Below are positions 19,723 to 28,762 of a stretch of 64,000 bases of DNA, piece after piece. The notes below the pieces were generated by a model. That model saw nothing but the letters and a program-made list of their open reading frames with translations, had not been told where the DNA came from and did no database searches. The position numbers were made by a program, and so were the translations under genes. Each line of letters starts with the position of its first letter. Positions within the stretch are counted from its first letter, which is position 1. Source of the DNA: Planctomycetota bacterium (lineage in GTDB: Bacteria; Planctomycetota; B15-G4); contig CBDFJQ010000002.1 in assembly GCA_965248575.1 (NCBI GenBank), forward strand, positions 1,760,001-1,824,000, written 5' to 3'.

Positions 19723-19969
19723 GGCCCCCGAGCACACAGCGCCCCCAACCCTGCGAGCGCAGCTTCGGAAGAAAAGTCCGATTTTCTCCGTCGCAACCGG
19801 GCTGTTTCGACGCAAGTCCATGATGAAGGCCTCGGTCTTCGCGAGGACCCGCCTGAGGAGAGGCCCCCTGGTCCAAAACCCTGGGGAAAAGCGGGGACCG
19901 AACGATCCCGGCCTGCCGAGTCACTCGGCGGGCTGGGGCGTTCACTTGCAGCGAAGCAGGAGAAGAGAG

Positions 19970-20003
19970 GCCGTCCCCCTGAGGGGGGGGACGGCACCCT
20001 TTT
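19970..20003. terminator. GC-rich hairpin between convergent genes, likely bidirectional terminator
   Basis: GCCGTCCCCC / GGGGGACGGC stem, followed by ACCCTTTT on + and by a pyrimidine run on -. Confidence 0.6.
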
Positions 20004-20034
20004 GCACTCCTGAGCCCCCCGCTCCAGGCCGGCT

Positions 20035-20490
20035 CTAGGTCGAGGCCTGCCCCACCTTCACGGTGAGGACGGGGCAGGGGCAGAGGCGCACGACGCGCTC
20101 GGCTGTGCTGCCCAACAGGATGTGGCTGAGCCCGGTCGCGCCGTGCGTGCCCATGACGAGCAGGTCGACACCGTGCTCCTTGACCATCTCGACCAGCCGT
20201 CGAGAGGGCGTGCCCACGTCGACCAATGTCTGGCAAGGGACACCGCGCTCGCTGACCTCCTGGGCTGTGGCCTTCAAGTTGGCCCTCACGGCCTGCTCGG
20301 CTTCCTGATCCAAGGTCACGGCGCCCATCGGGGCCGCCCCGAACGCCACGGGGTACATGGCTGGCACCACAACATGGGCCAGCAGCAACTCCGCCCCCAG
20401 CGCCTTCGCAAGCTGCTCGGCATGCCGCATCGCCTCACGGCTCGGCTCGGAAAAATCCACGGGGCACAGGACCTTCTGGATGTCAGTCAT
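20035..20490 (-). CDS. Universal stress protein (UspA family)
   Basis: KVLCPVDFSEPS, LLAHV, DLLVMGTHGATGLSHILLGSTAERVVRLCPCPVLTV. GGAGAGG SD before ATG 20490. Confidence 0.93.
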   Translation of the reverse strand: MTDIQKVLCPVDFSEPSREAMRHAEQLAKALGAELLLAHVVVPAMYPVAFGAAPMGAVTLDQEAEQAVRANLKATAQEVSERGVPCQTLVDVGTPSRRLVEMVKEHGVDLLVMGTHGATGLSHILLGSTAERVVRLCPCPVLTVKVGQAST

Positions 20491-20494
20491 CGTT

Positions 20495-20941
20495 CTATCC
20501 CTCTCCCTCGTCAGCAGGGCCATCTGCGTGTTCAGGATGCTCGAAGGCCTGACCGGCTTGGCGCACCGTCATGACGGGGCAGCTAGCCAGTTGCACGACG
20601 CGCTCCGCCACCGAACCCATGACCACGTGCTTCAGGCCCGTGCGGCCGTGCGTACCCAAGCTGATCAGGTCATACCCACCTTCACGAGCGGTATGGATGA
20701 TCCCCAGCTCTGGTCGCAGTCCACGCACGATGCTGCGCTCCGTCACGACATCGTCCACGCCGCTGGGTACCGCCGAGAGCAACAGGTCAGCGGCCACCGC
20801 GGGGTCGGCGTCGTGCAGCGCCAACACGTGGATCAGATGGATCTCTGCCTTGAGCTGCCTGGCCATGCTCGCGGTTTCTGCCAAGGCGTGGCGTGCTGAC
20901 TCGGAGAAGTCTGACGCAAAGAGAATGCGCTGATAGGTCAT
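20495..20941 (-). CDS. Universal stress protein (UspA family)
   Basis: RILFASDFSESA, IHLIHV, LGTHGRTGLKHVVMGSVAERVVQLASCPVMTV. ATGA overlap with the upstream gene. Confidence 0.92.
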   Translation of the reverse strand: MTYQRILFASDFSESARHALAETASMARQLKAEIHLIHVLALHDADPAVAADLLLSAVPSGVDDVVTERSIVRGLRPELGIIHTAREGGYDLISLGTHGRTGLKHVVMGSVAERVVQLASCPVMTVRQAGQAFEHPEHADGPADEGEG

Positions 20942-22935
20942 GGCTGGTCTCCTCGTGATACCGGGCCATCGGCCCCTTGGCGTGCCAGAATGGTCAGGAC
21001 GTCGGTCACCGCAGGCCCCGCCGGTGACTCGCTCTGGTAGTTCAACAGCAAGGACGGATGCACGTCATCTGGCGTCTCGAAGCTCTTGGCCAGCGACTGA
21101 TAGACCGTCCAGTCTGCGTCCGAGGTTTCCTGGGCATCCTGGGTACGGGAGTGCATTCGCTCGTGCACCAGCTCCGCGGGGCAGTGTACGTGCACCAGGG
21201 CCACGGGGATGCCCATGCGTCGCGCCACATCCAAGAAGCGGCGGCGCTGCGCCGCGCGCGAAAACATGGCATCGACCACCACTGAACGCCCCTGCTGCAG
21301 CCACTGGAAGACGTTTCGATTCAGCTGCTCGTACAGGGCCTCGGAGGCCGCCTCCGAATAGAGCTGCTGGGATTCTTTCGAGCTGGGCCGATGGGTGGGC
21401 GACATGCCGGCGCGCATCTTGCGCACGACATCGCTGCGCACAATTCGCGCCTCGAAGGGCTTGGCCACACGCCTGGCAAACCAGCTCTTGCCCGTGGCCG
21501 GTAACCCGCTCATGAGCACCAGGACGGGCGGGAGCTGGTACGAGACGGCCAGCTGGGCCGCATGCCGTGCCTGCTCCAGGTCACTCTCTGCCGCCCTGTC
21601 CCCGGGTGCCTTCTGGCGCGCCGCCAGGCAACCCACCTTGGCCCGCACGAGGGCACGATGGGTCTTGTAGAAGGTCATCAGGTAGGACAGCTCCCGATCC
21701 CTCGTGAGCTCCTGGTATTGCTGGACCAAGCCCCGGGAAAAGGCGCGGTATCCCTTGCTGTCCAGGTCCATCGCCAGGAAGGCGAGGTCGGCGGCCACAT
21801 CACTGCAGCGCAAGGTCTTGCTGAACTCGAGGCAGTCGTAGGCTACGAAGCCTGCCGGCAAGCGGCAGAGGTTGCCGGTGTGCAGGTCCCCATGGCCCTC
21901 GCGAATGCACCCCGCGCGGACCCGGCGTTCGAGCAGGTCGCGGTGCGCTTCGAGGAACTCCTGGAGCCGCGCGCGAAGATGGCGGTGCAGGGACTGCGGC
22001 AGGAGCTCCAGCTGCTCCAACTCCTGCAGATTGCCGAGCACCAGTTGGCTCACGGCTGCCGGCGACCCGAACTCGTCGACCCCGGGGCCGGTGGACGCAC
22101 CCTGGTGGAAGAGCGCCAGCAGCTCCACCAGTTCGTGCAAGAGTTCATTGTCCATGACGCCGTGCTCCAGCAGGACGTCGAGCATGCCCGCTGCGGGGAG
22201 CCGTTCCATCTCGACCACGGCTTCCACCACATCTCCGTCGCCATCCAACCAGAGCGAGCCGTCGGACTCCCGTGTGACCGGCACGACGCGCCGATACACG
22301 CCCGGTGCAAGCCGGGCGTTGAGCCGGACCTCCTCAGCACAGACCGCACGCCGGATCGCCAACGTGCGGTGATCGAGGAAACCCAGGTCGACGGCCTTCT
22401 TCAGCTTGTAGACCAAGGACCCGGCGAAGAAGAGCACCGAGACATGGGTCTCCAACATGTCGACCCGCTCGGGCTCCTGCTGATGAAAGCTGGGTTCGGT
22501 GAACGCACGGATGAGCTCCGGCAGGTCCTGATCGGAGCCTTCGCCAGCCCGGTCGCCCTCGAAAGTGCGTAGGCGTCCTGCTCCGGTCGCGCTAGCCGCC
22601 ACGAGACCCGGGACCCGCCCGGCGCCGCCTCCGGCTGCAGGCCCACCGGGACCCTCTGGAACTATGGGCTGGCCGCTCATGTCGCGCTCTGCGTTGCTGG
22701 AATGTGGGTCGCCATCGCGATCACCGCCGGATAGACGGCCCGGACGCCCCCATCCCGCAGCGGGGGGGCGCCCGGACTCAAGGTCTTCTACATCGTGGTC
22801 GCCTCGATCGCCGGAGCGAGGCACCGAGGAATCGACCACGGTGTTCGAGTCTAGGGGCTCGGCTCCAGCCTGGCCGCCGGGTGCTGTCCGTAGCAGCTCG
22901 AGGAACAGTGCGTAGTGCGGAGGCGGCGCGTTCAC
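20938..22935 (-). CDS. Bifunctional APH-like kinase / AAA_33 P-loop protein (Rv2004c-like)
   Basis: ETHVS, YKLKK.VDLGFLD, EVRLNARLAP.VY, IREGHGDLHTGNL, YDCLEF, DLAFLAMDL; C-terminal P-loop GLPATGKS, RSDVVRK, VDAMF, SDAD. The first ~140 aa are low-complexity, so the start is uncertain (GTG 22935 coupled to the regulator, or ATG 22680). Confidence 0.88.
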   Translation of the reverse strand: MNAPPPHYALFLELLRTAPGGQAGAEPLDSNTVVDSSVPRSGDRGDHDVEDLESGRPPAAGWGRPGRLSGGDRDGDPHSSNAERDMSGQPIVPEGPGGPAAGGGAGRVPGLVAASATGAGRLRTFEGDRAGEGSDQDLPELIRAFTEPSFHQQEPERVDMLETHVSVLFFAGSLVYKLKKAVDLGFLDHRTLAIRRAVCAEEVRLNARLAPGVYRRVVPVTRESDGSLWLDGDGDVVEAVVEMERLPAAGMLDVLLEHGVMDNELLHELVELLALFHQGASTGPGVDEFGSPAAVSQLVLGNLQELEQLELLPQSLHRHLRARLQEFLEAHRDLLERRVRAGCIREGHGDLHTGNLCRLPAGFVAYDCLEFSKTLRCSDVAADLAFLAMDLDSKGYRAFSRGLVQQYQELTRDRELSYLMTFYKTHRALVRAKVGCLAARQKAPGDRAAESDLEQARHAAQLAVSYQLPPVLVLMSGLPATGKSWFARRVAKPFEARIVRSDVVRKMRAGMSPTHRPSSKESQQLYSEAASEALYEQLNRNVFQWLQQGRSVVVDAMFSRAAQRRRFLDVARRMGIPVALVHVHCPAELVHERMHSRTQDAQETSDADWTVYQSLAKSFETPDDVHPSLLLNYQSESPAGPAVTDVLTILARQGADGPVSRGDQP

Positions 22936-23600
22936 TCCTCCAACAGACCTTCCCGGATGGCCAAGCGCGCCAGTTCAGCTGCCGAATGGCAGTCCAGCTT
23001 GCGCTGCAGGTTCTCGCGATGCTTCTTGGCGGTGCCGACGCTGAGGTCCAACTTGCGGGCCACCTCCTTGTTGCTGAGCCCGATGGCCAGCAATTGGAAC
23101 ACCTCCCGCTCCCGGGGGGTCAGGGCCGAGAGACGATTGGCGGTGCGGGTCTCCGTGGAGGTGCTCCGGGCACCGTCCACGAGCCCCCGTGCCACCTTGG
23201 GTGACAGATAGGCGCGATCCTTCATGACGGCCTTCATGGCCAGCGACAGCTCCTCCGGTTCGCTGTCCTTGGAGAGATAACCGTCGGCCCCGTGCTGCAA
23301 GGACTGCTCGACGAAGCTCTCACCCTCATGGTGGCTGAGCATGAGCACGCGCACCCGCGGGTGCACGGCGCGCACCTGATCGATGGCATCGATGCCCGAC
23401 AAGCCGGGCATGGTGATGTCCATCAGCACCAGGTCGGGCTTCTCTCGCGCGATGATCTCGATGGCTTCCCGGGCATCCCCGTGGTCCCCCACCACCGTGA
23501 AGCCGTCGAGGCTGTTGACGAGGCTGCGAATCCCCGCGCGAGTCATGGTGTGATCGTCCACGAGGTAGACGCGAGTGGACTTGGGTTGTGGGCTGTTCAT
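22932..23600 (-). CDS. NarL/LuxR-family response regulator
   Basis: LVDDH, LMDITMPGLSG, GADGYLSK, LTPREREVFQLLAIGLSNKEVARKL.LSVGT..KHR.NL..KL. Confidence 0.95.
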   Translation of the reverse strand: MNSPQPKSTRVYLVDDHTMTRAGIRSLVNSLDGFTVVGDHGDAREAIEIIAREKPDLVLMDITMPGLSGIDAIDQVRAVHPRVRVLMLSHHEGESFVEQSLQHGADGYLSKDSEPEELSLAMKAVMKDRAYLSPKVARGLVDGARSTSTETRTANRLSALTPREREVFQLLAIGLSNKEVARKLDLSVGTAKKHRENLQRKLDCHSAAELARLAIREGLLEE

Positions 23601-24823
23601 GATCCCTCCACAGTCGTTGTACGCCCAACAGAGGACGGCCTAGCGACGGGTAGCAAGACTCGGAAACTGGCACCGCCCAGATTCGCGGAACACTCTTCGG
23701 CATCGAGACTGCCGTCGTGGTCCTCCATGATGCGCCGGCAGATGGGCAGGCCGAGCCCCGTGCCCTCTTCTTTCGTGGTCACGAAGGGCTGGAAGAGCGT
23801 GTGCCGAACACTCGGGGAAATACCGGGCCCGTCGTCCTCCACGCGCAGCGAGATGGTGGCGGGGTCGGCAAGGCTTGCCGTGAGCAAGATTCGTCCACCT
23901 GGTTCCAGCATCTCCATGGCGTTCGCCACGAGATTGGAGAGAACCTCCTCGATGCGCCGGGAATCCGCATGGAAGATCGGCGTTCCAGGCTCCACATCGA
24001 TGTCCAACTCGACACCGGCCCGGGTCAGCATGGGCCGCAAGAACTGCCCGACGTCCTCGAACAAGGGACGGGCTTCCAAGGGCGTGTAGACCAACTCCAA
24101 GGGCCGCGCGAAGGCGAGGCTCTGGCGCATCTGCGTCTCGAGCCGTTGCATGCGACTCACGAGCTCGCCCAGGATCTCCTCCTGGTCTTCACCCAACTGG
24201 TCGGCCACGGCGCGCAGCGCCATGTTCACGGCGGTGATGGGGTTCTTGATCTCGTGCACGATCTGCGCCGTCGACTCCCCAAGCGTGGCCAACGCGCGCA
24301 GCATGGACACTTCGCGCCGCTCGCGTCGCTTTCGCTCGGTGATGTCGCGAAAGCTCCCGACGAAGAGCGGCTCAGCGTGGCCCGTGGCATCCACCCGACA
24401 CACCGAGAGCTCGATATCCACCAAGTCACCATTCTTGTGCACGACCTGGAACTCACGAGTACTGCCGAGAATGTGCGTCTCGCCAGTCTCTCGGTAGCGA
24501 CGCAGGTAGTCGTCGTGCTGCGAAAGGTGGGGCTCGGGCATGATCATCTTGATGTTGCACCCCAGCAGGTCCTCGTTCGTGTAGCCGAACACTTCTCGCA
24601 CGGAGCGGCTCACCTGCTTGACGGTGCCCAGTTGGTCAATGACGAGCACGGGGTCCAACATGCCCTCCAGCAGGGCGCGCTGGAGCAGACGACCATGCTC
24701 AGCCTCGTCCAGTGCTGATTCGGCCTGCTCGGCGCGGGCCCTGTTCTGGGAAGAGTGCTGGGTCGATTGAGCTTCCGACGAAACGTCCGCCGGGACCTCG
24801 GGAGGGTTGGGTGGCTGTGCCAT
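23597..24823 (-). CDS. Cytoplasmic PAS histidine kinase with FixL-like haem-PAS domain
   Basis: No TM segments. FGY...DLLG.NIKMIMPEPHLSQHDDYLRRYRETGETHILG resembles the FixL haem-PAS with the proximal His. H-box HEIKNP, NLVANA, DDGPG, FVTTKEEGTGLGL. Confidence 0.88.
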   Translation of the reverse strand: MAQPPNPPEVPADVSSEAQSTQHSSQNRARAEQAESALDEAEHGRLLQRALLEGMLDPVLVIDQLGTVKQVSRSVREVFGYTNEDLLGCNIKMIMPEPHLSQHDDYLRRYRETGETHILGSTREFQVVHKNGDLVDIELSVCRVDATGHAEPLFVGSFRDITERKRRERREVSMLRALATLGESTAQIVHEIKNPITAVNMALRAVADQLGEDQEEILGELVSRMQRLETQMRQSLAFARPLELVYTPLEARPLFEDVGQFLRPMLTRAGVELDIDVEPGTPIFHADSRRIEEVLSNLVANAMEMLEPGGRILLTASLADPATISLRVEDDGPGISPSVRHTLFQPFVTTKEEGTGLGLPICRRIMEDHDGSLDAEECSANLGGASFRVLLPVARPSSVGRTTTVEGS

Positions 24824-24860
24824 GAGGACCCAAGTCTAGGCCTTCCATGGCGAAGGATCC

Positions 24861-24878
24861 CTACGCCCGTGTGCGTAG
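24861..24878. promoter_or_regulatory. Inverted repeat (7-2-7 arrangement), candidate NarL-type regulator site
   Basis: C-TACGCCC-GT-GTGCGTA-G, located between the divergent kinase and beta-CASP genes, upstream of a TAGACT -10 (24838-24833, minus strand). Confidence 0.5.
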
Positions 24879-25051
24879 TGGCAAGCCCGGGTTGTTCGCA
24901 CCCCGCCCTGCTGCCGAAAGGCCGTGGTACAACGACTCCACACCGGAATGACCCTCGTCTCATTCCTTGTGCCACGAGCCCCGGAGCCGACCCTTTCGGC
25001 GTGTCTTCCCATCGACTCGAGACCCCCTCGAACCCAGGGCTCCCGCCCCAA

Positions 25052-26497
25052 TTGACGGCATCGGATCTTTACCGGCTGCGGTTCCTGGGGGCCGCTCGGG
25101 AAGTCACCGGCTCGCGCTTCCTGCTGGAGACCCGCAGCAGCCGCGTGCTCTTCGACTGCGGGATGGGCCAGTCGTCCGGACGAGGTCGACAGGCTGATCG
25201 CACCAATTGGGGCTTCGCGGTCGAGAGTCTCGATGCCGTGGTGCTGACCCACGCCCACATCGACCACTCGGGGATGCTGCCGCGCCTGATCAAGGATGGC
25301 TACCGCGGCCCGGTCTTTGCCTCTCCGGGGACCGTTGACCTGCTGCAGATCCTGCTGCCCGATGCCGCATGGATCCAGGAGCACGAGACCCAGCGCACCA
25401 ATCGTCGCCTTCAACGTCAGGGCCGACCGACGGTCGAACCGCTCTACACTTCGGACGATGCCGAGCGGGCGCTGCGCTCCCTGCGTCCCCACGCCATCGG
25501 CGACAAGCTCCCCATCGGGGACGATGTGCTGGTGCGCTTCCGCCACGCCGGACACATCCTCGGCGCCACATCGGTGGAGGTCTGGGTCCGTGACACCGCG
25601 AACATGCGTCGCTTCCTGATCTCCGGTGACATCGGCCGGAGCGGTGCACCGATCCTGCGCCCGGCAGAACCCCTGGAAGGCGCCGAGCTCGTGGTCATGG
25701 AGACCACCTACGGCAATCGCCAACACCGCAGCATGGAGGACACCCTCGACGAGTTCCGGGAGATCCTCAATGACGCGGACCGGCACCGTGAAAACGTCAT
25801 CATCCCCGTCTTCGCCGTGGGCCGATCCCAAGAGGTGCTGTACCACCTGCGGCAGTTCGAGAACGAAGGCAGCATCCGACCGCGCAAGGTCTTCCTCGAC
25901 AGCCCCATGGCCATCAGCGCCACCGAGCTCCACATGCGCAACAGCACCGGCTTCCAGACCGGCATCCGGGCGGAACTGCAATCGGGGGGCAATCCCTTCG
26001 CGCCACAACAACTCATCTACAGTCGCACCCCCGAGCAAAGCAAGGCCATCAACGATGAACGTGGGGCGATCATCCTTGCGGGGAGTGGGATGTGCCAAGG
26101 CGGTCGGGTCATGCACCACCTGAAGCACCACCTCTGGCGGCGTGGAACGCACGTCATCATCGTAGGCTTCCAGGCGCGGGGCACGACCGGGCGTGCGCTC
26201 GTGGACGGTGCGCAACAAGTCAAGATCCACGGACAACGCATCGCCGTGAAGGCCCAGGTGCACACCTTGGGCGGTTTCTCCGCTCACGCCGATCAGAAAG
26301 AACTGCTGGCGTGGCTCGAGCAGTTCGAGGGCAACCCTCCCGTGGCCCTCGTGCATGGCGAACCGGAAGCCCAAGACGTTTTCGCGGAGCTCCTGCGCGA
26401 ACGCTCGCCGCGTCGGATCAACGTGCCCGAGCGAGGCGACACCTTGGTCGTGCCGCGCTCAGGTCAGAACTACCGACTGGTACCTCGCAAGGCGTGA
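25052..26497 (+). CDS. Metallo-beta-lactamase / beta-CASP ribonuclease (bacterial CPSF73/Ysh1-like)
   Basis: FLGAAREVTGS, FDCG, LTHAHIDHSG, AGHILG, SGDIG, METTYG, PVFAVGRSQE, DSPMA, GSGMCQGGR, FSAHAD, LVHGE. Start placed at TTG 25052 (approximate). Confidence 0.92.
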   Translation: MTASDLYRLRFLGAAREVTGSRFLLETRSSRVLFDCGMGQSSGRGRQADRTNWGFAVESLDAVVLTHAHIDHSGMLPRLIKDGYRGPVFASPGTVDLLQILLPDAAWIQEHETQRTNRRLQRQGRPTVEPLYTSDDAERALRSLRPHAIGDKLPIGDDVLVRFRHAGHILGATSVEVWVRDTANMRRFLISGDIGRSGAPILRPAEPLEGAELVVMETTYGNRQHRSMEDTLDEFREILNDADRHRENVIIPVFAVGRSQEVLYHLRQFENEGSIRPRKVFLDSPMAISATELHMRNSTGFQTGIRAELQSGGNPFAPQQLIYSRTPEQSKAINDERGAIILAGSGMCQGGRVMHHLKHHLWRRGTHVIIVGFQARGTTGRALVDGAQQVKIHGQRIAVKAQVHTLGGFSAHADQKELLAWLEQFEGNPPVALVHGEPEAQDVFAELLRERSPRRINVPERGDTLVVPRSGQNYRLVPRKA

Positions 26498-27147
26498 TGG
26501 CTGCTGCACCTGGCCAACCCTCCCGGCTCCGACCCCTGTGGGAGGCCGCCGTGCCGGTGCTCGGCATCCAGGCCTGGGTCTGGTTGGCGGGACACCCCCG
26601 CTCGCGGCTCGGCGACGTAGCACTGGGGCTGGGCGTCCTGGTCTGGATCCTCGCAGCGGCCCGCTCGTCAGGACCTCCCCTCGCCGCAGCCTGGAACAAG
26701 GCATCCGGGGAAGCTCCCGCGCAAAACGTGCACCGGGCGGCCGCCCTCCCGGTCGCCGTCTGGACGGCGACCATGCTGCTCCTGCTGCTGGCCTACGGTC
26801 ACTGGACGGACACGCTGCTCTGGCGCCCTGCGCCCCTGGCCAAGGCACTCCTGGGCTACCCCTTCTCCGGGCTGCTCCAGCAGGGGTTGATGTTCGCCTT
26901 CGTGGCGCCGCGGCTCGGGCGCCTCGTCCCCGCTCCCTACGTGCCGCTCTGCCTGGCGGCTGTGTTCTGCCTGGCGCACCTGCCCAACCCGCTGCTGATG
27001 CTGGGCGGAGGCCTCATGACCTATGGCTTCGCCAGGATATGGGCCAAGACGCCTTCGCTGCTCCTGCTCGCCTTGAGTCATGGCATCCTGGGTGCCGTGT
27101 GCGACAAAGCACTCGACGTCTCCATGCGCGTGGGCGCTGGCTACTGA
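26497..27147 (+). CDS. CPBP/Abi (CAAX-type) intramembrane protease-like protein, EE->QQ variant
   Basis: ATG overlaps the upstream TGA; multiple TM helices; LLQQGLM....PRL, FCLAHLPN and SHGILG motifs. Confidence 0.65.
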   Translation: MAAAPGQPSRLRPLWEAAVPVLGIQAWVWLAGHPRSRLGDVALGLGVLVWILAAARSSGPPLAAAWNKASGEAPAQNVHRAAALPVAVWTATMLLLLLAYGHWTDTLLWRPAPLAKALLGYPFSGLLQQGLMFAFVAPRLGRLVPAPYVPLCLAAVFCLAHLPNPLLMLGGGLMTYGFARIWAKTPSLLLLALSHGILGAVCDKALDVSMRVGAGY

Positions 27148-27182
27148 ACTGCCTCCCGGACTGCACAGGAACGACTGCCCTC

Positions 27183-28628
27183 ATGCCGAGCCTCCGTCTA
27201 CTCCTGCCCTGGGTCGTCGCCCTTTCCACCGTCGGGCTGCTGGGCTGCGCGGGAGAGGGCAGCGGGCGTCCCAACGTCCTCCTCATCACGGTGGACACGC
27301 TGCGCGCCGACCACCTCACACCCTATGGCTCGAGCCGCAACACCTCGCCCTTCCTGGCTGAGCTGGCCGAGGAGAGCGTGCTCTTCCGGGACGCCATCGC
27401 CCAGTGCGGTACGACGCCCCAGTCCCTCTCCTCCCTGATGACGGGCCTCTACCCCTACACCGACCAGATCCTCACCAAGAACGACGTCTTCAACTACCTC
27501 ACCCGAGACCAGCAGACCTTGGCGGTCAGCTTCCGGGAGGCGGGCTACGCAACGCACGCCATCACGGCGTCCATCCAGACGTCGACGGCCACGGGGCTCG
27601 AACTGGGCTTCGAGAGCTTCGACTGCGTGGAGCTGCGCTGGGGCAACCACACCAGCCAACGGCGCACCGCCGATGAGGTGACCGCTCTCGCCAAAGCCTG
27701 GCTGGAAAGCGAGACGGCCTCCGACCGGCCCTTCTTCTTGTGGCTGCATTACATGGACCCACACCACCCCTACACCGCACCGGAGAGCTACGCCCACCAT
27801 TTCAGGAGCGATGCACCCACCCAGGAAGGCAGCACGGAGCGCTATCGCTTCGACGAGCTGCGGTCGATGGAGCACCCCCTGACCGAGGGTGATCTGGAGC
27901 GGCTGATCCTCGACTACGACCGGGAAGTACGCTTCACCGACGACTCCCTGCGTGAGCTCTTCGCCAGCTCACCCCAACTCAACGGAAACACCCTCACGGT
28001 GTTCACCGCGGATCACGGCGAGGCCCTGGGGGAGCACGGGATCATCACCCACAACGATCTCTACGACAGCATCGTGCGGGTGCCTCTGATGATCCGTTGG
28101 CCGGGGCGGCTGAAGGGCGGTCGGCGCAGTGGCCTGCCAGTCATGCTGACCGACATCGCACCCACCCTGCATGAGCTGGTGGGGTTTGAAGCGCTGGAAT
28201 CCGTCCGTGGCATGAGCCTGGCCCCCTGGCTGGGTGACAGCCCTCGCCCCTCGGCACCGCCCCGCTTGCGGCGCGCCGAATACGAAAGCCACAGCGCCAC
28301 CTACGACGGGCCGCTGAAGCTCATCGAGCGGCCGCAGGGCGTCGAACTCTACAACCGCGCCAAGGACCCCGGCGAGCTGCGCAACGTTGTGATGAAGCGC
28401 GAGGCACGGGCCGCCACCATGGTGCTCGCCAGCCGCAAGCTCACCAAGACGCCGCTCCGGCCGCGGGGCACCCAAGGCGCCGCGTCACCGGGGGCGTCCG
28501 CCGCGCCCCCCGAGGTCACGGAAGAAATGCTCGAGGAGCTGCGGGCCCTGGGTTACCTGGGGGCGGGCGACGAAGGAGCGGGCGAGTTCGACGCACGCGA
28601 CACGGGCACAGACGACGGAGATTCCTGA
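27183..28628 (+). CDS. Sulfatase-fold (alkaline phosphatase superfamily) lipoprotein with Thr at the nucleophile position
   Basis: Lipobox LLGC; PNVLLITVDTLRADHL; GTTPQSLSSLMTG; WLHYMDPH.PY; TADHGE; VPLMI; LEELRALGY tail. Confidence 0.85.
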   Translation: MPSLRLLLPWVVALSTVGLLGCAGEGSGRPNVLLITVDTLRADHLTPYGSSRNTSPFLAELAEESVLFRDAIAQCGTTPQSLSSLMTGLYPYTDQILTKNDVFNYLTRDQQTLAVSFREAGYATHAITASIQTSTATGLELGFESFDCVELRWGNHTSQRRTADEVTALAKAWLESETASDRPFFLWLHYMDPHHPYTAPESYAHHFRSDAPTQEGSTERYRFDELRSMEHPLTEGDLERLILDYDREVRFTDDSLRELFASSPQLNGNTLTVFTADHGEALGEHGIITHNDLYDSIVRVPLMIRWPGRLKGGRRSGLPVMLTDIAPTLHELVGFEALESVRGMSLAPWLGDSPRPSAPPRLRRAEYESHSATYDGPLKLIERPQGVELYNRAKDPGELRNVVMKREARAATMVLASRKLTKTPLRPRGTQGAASPGASAAPPEVTEEMLEELRALGYLGAGDEGAGEFDARDTGTDDGDS

Positions 28629-28692
28629 GCCCGGCGCCGGGCGCTCCTGACCGGTGTTCTCACCTTCTCGCCGCAAGCCCCCACGAACGAGT

Positions 28693-28727
28693 CTCGCCCG
28701 CCCCAGGCACTGCCAGGGGCGGGCGAG
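28693..28727. terminator. Strong hairpin between convergent genes
   Basis: CTCGCCCGCCCC / GGGGCGGGCGAG 12-bp perfect stem; no clear U-tract. Confidence 0.5.
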
Positions 28728-28762
28728 TGGTCCACGAACAGTTCGCGGTGTGAGCGAATGCC

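Noticed and set aside
20495..20523. The two USP genes as one frameshifted tandem-domain USP
   Set aside because: The second gene has its own SD (GGAGAGG) and an ATG 4 nt after the first stop, consistent with two separate coupled genes.
26355..27182. Apparent 276-aa N-terminal extension making a 757-aa sulfatase
   Set aside because: It overlaps the beta-CASP and CPBP genes in another frame; the lipoprotein signal begins at ATG 27183.
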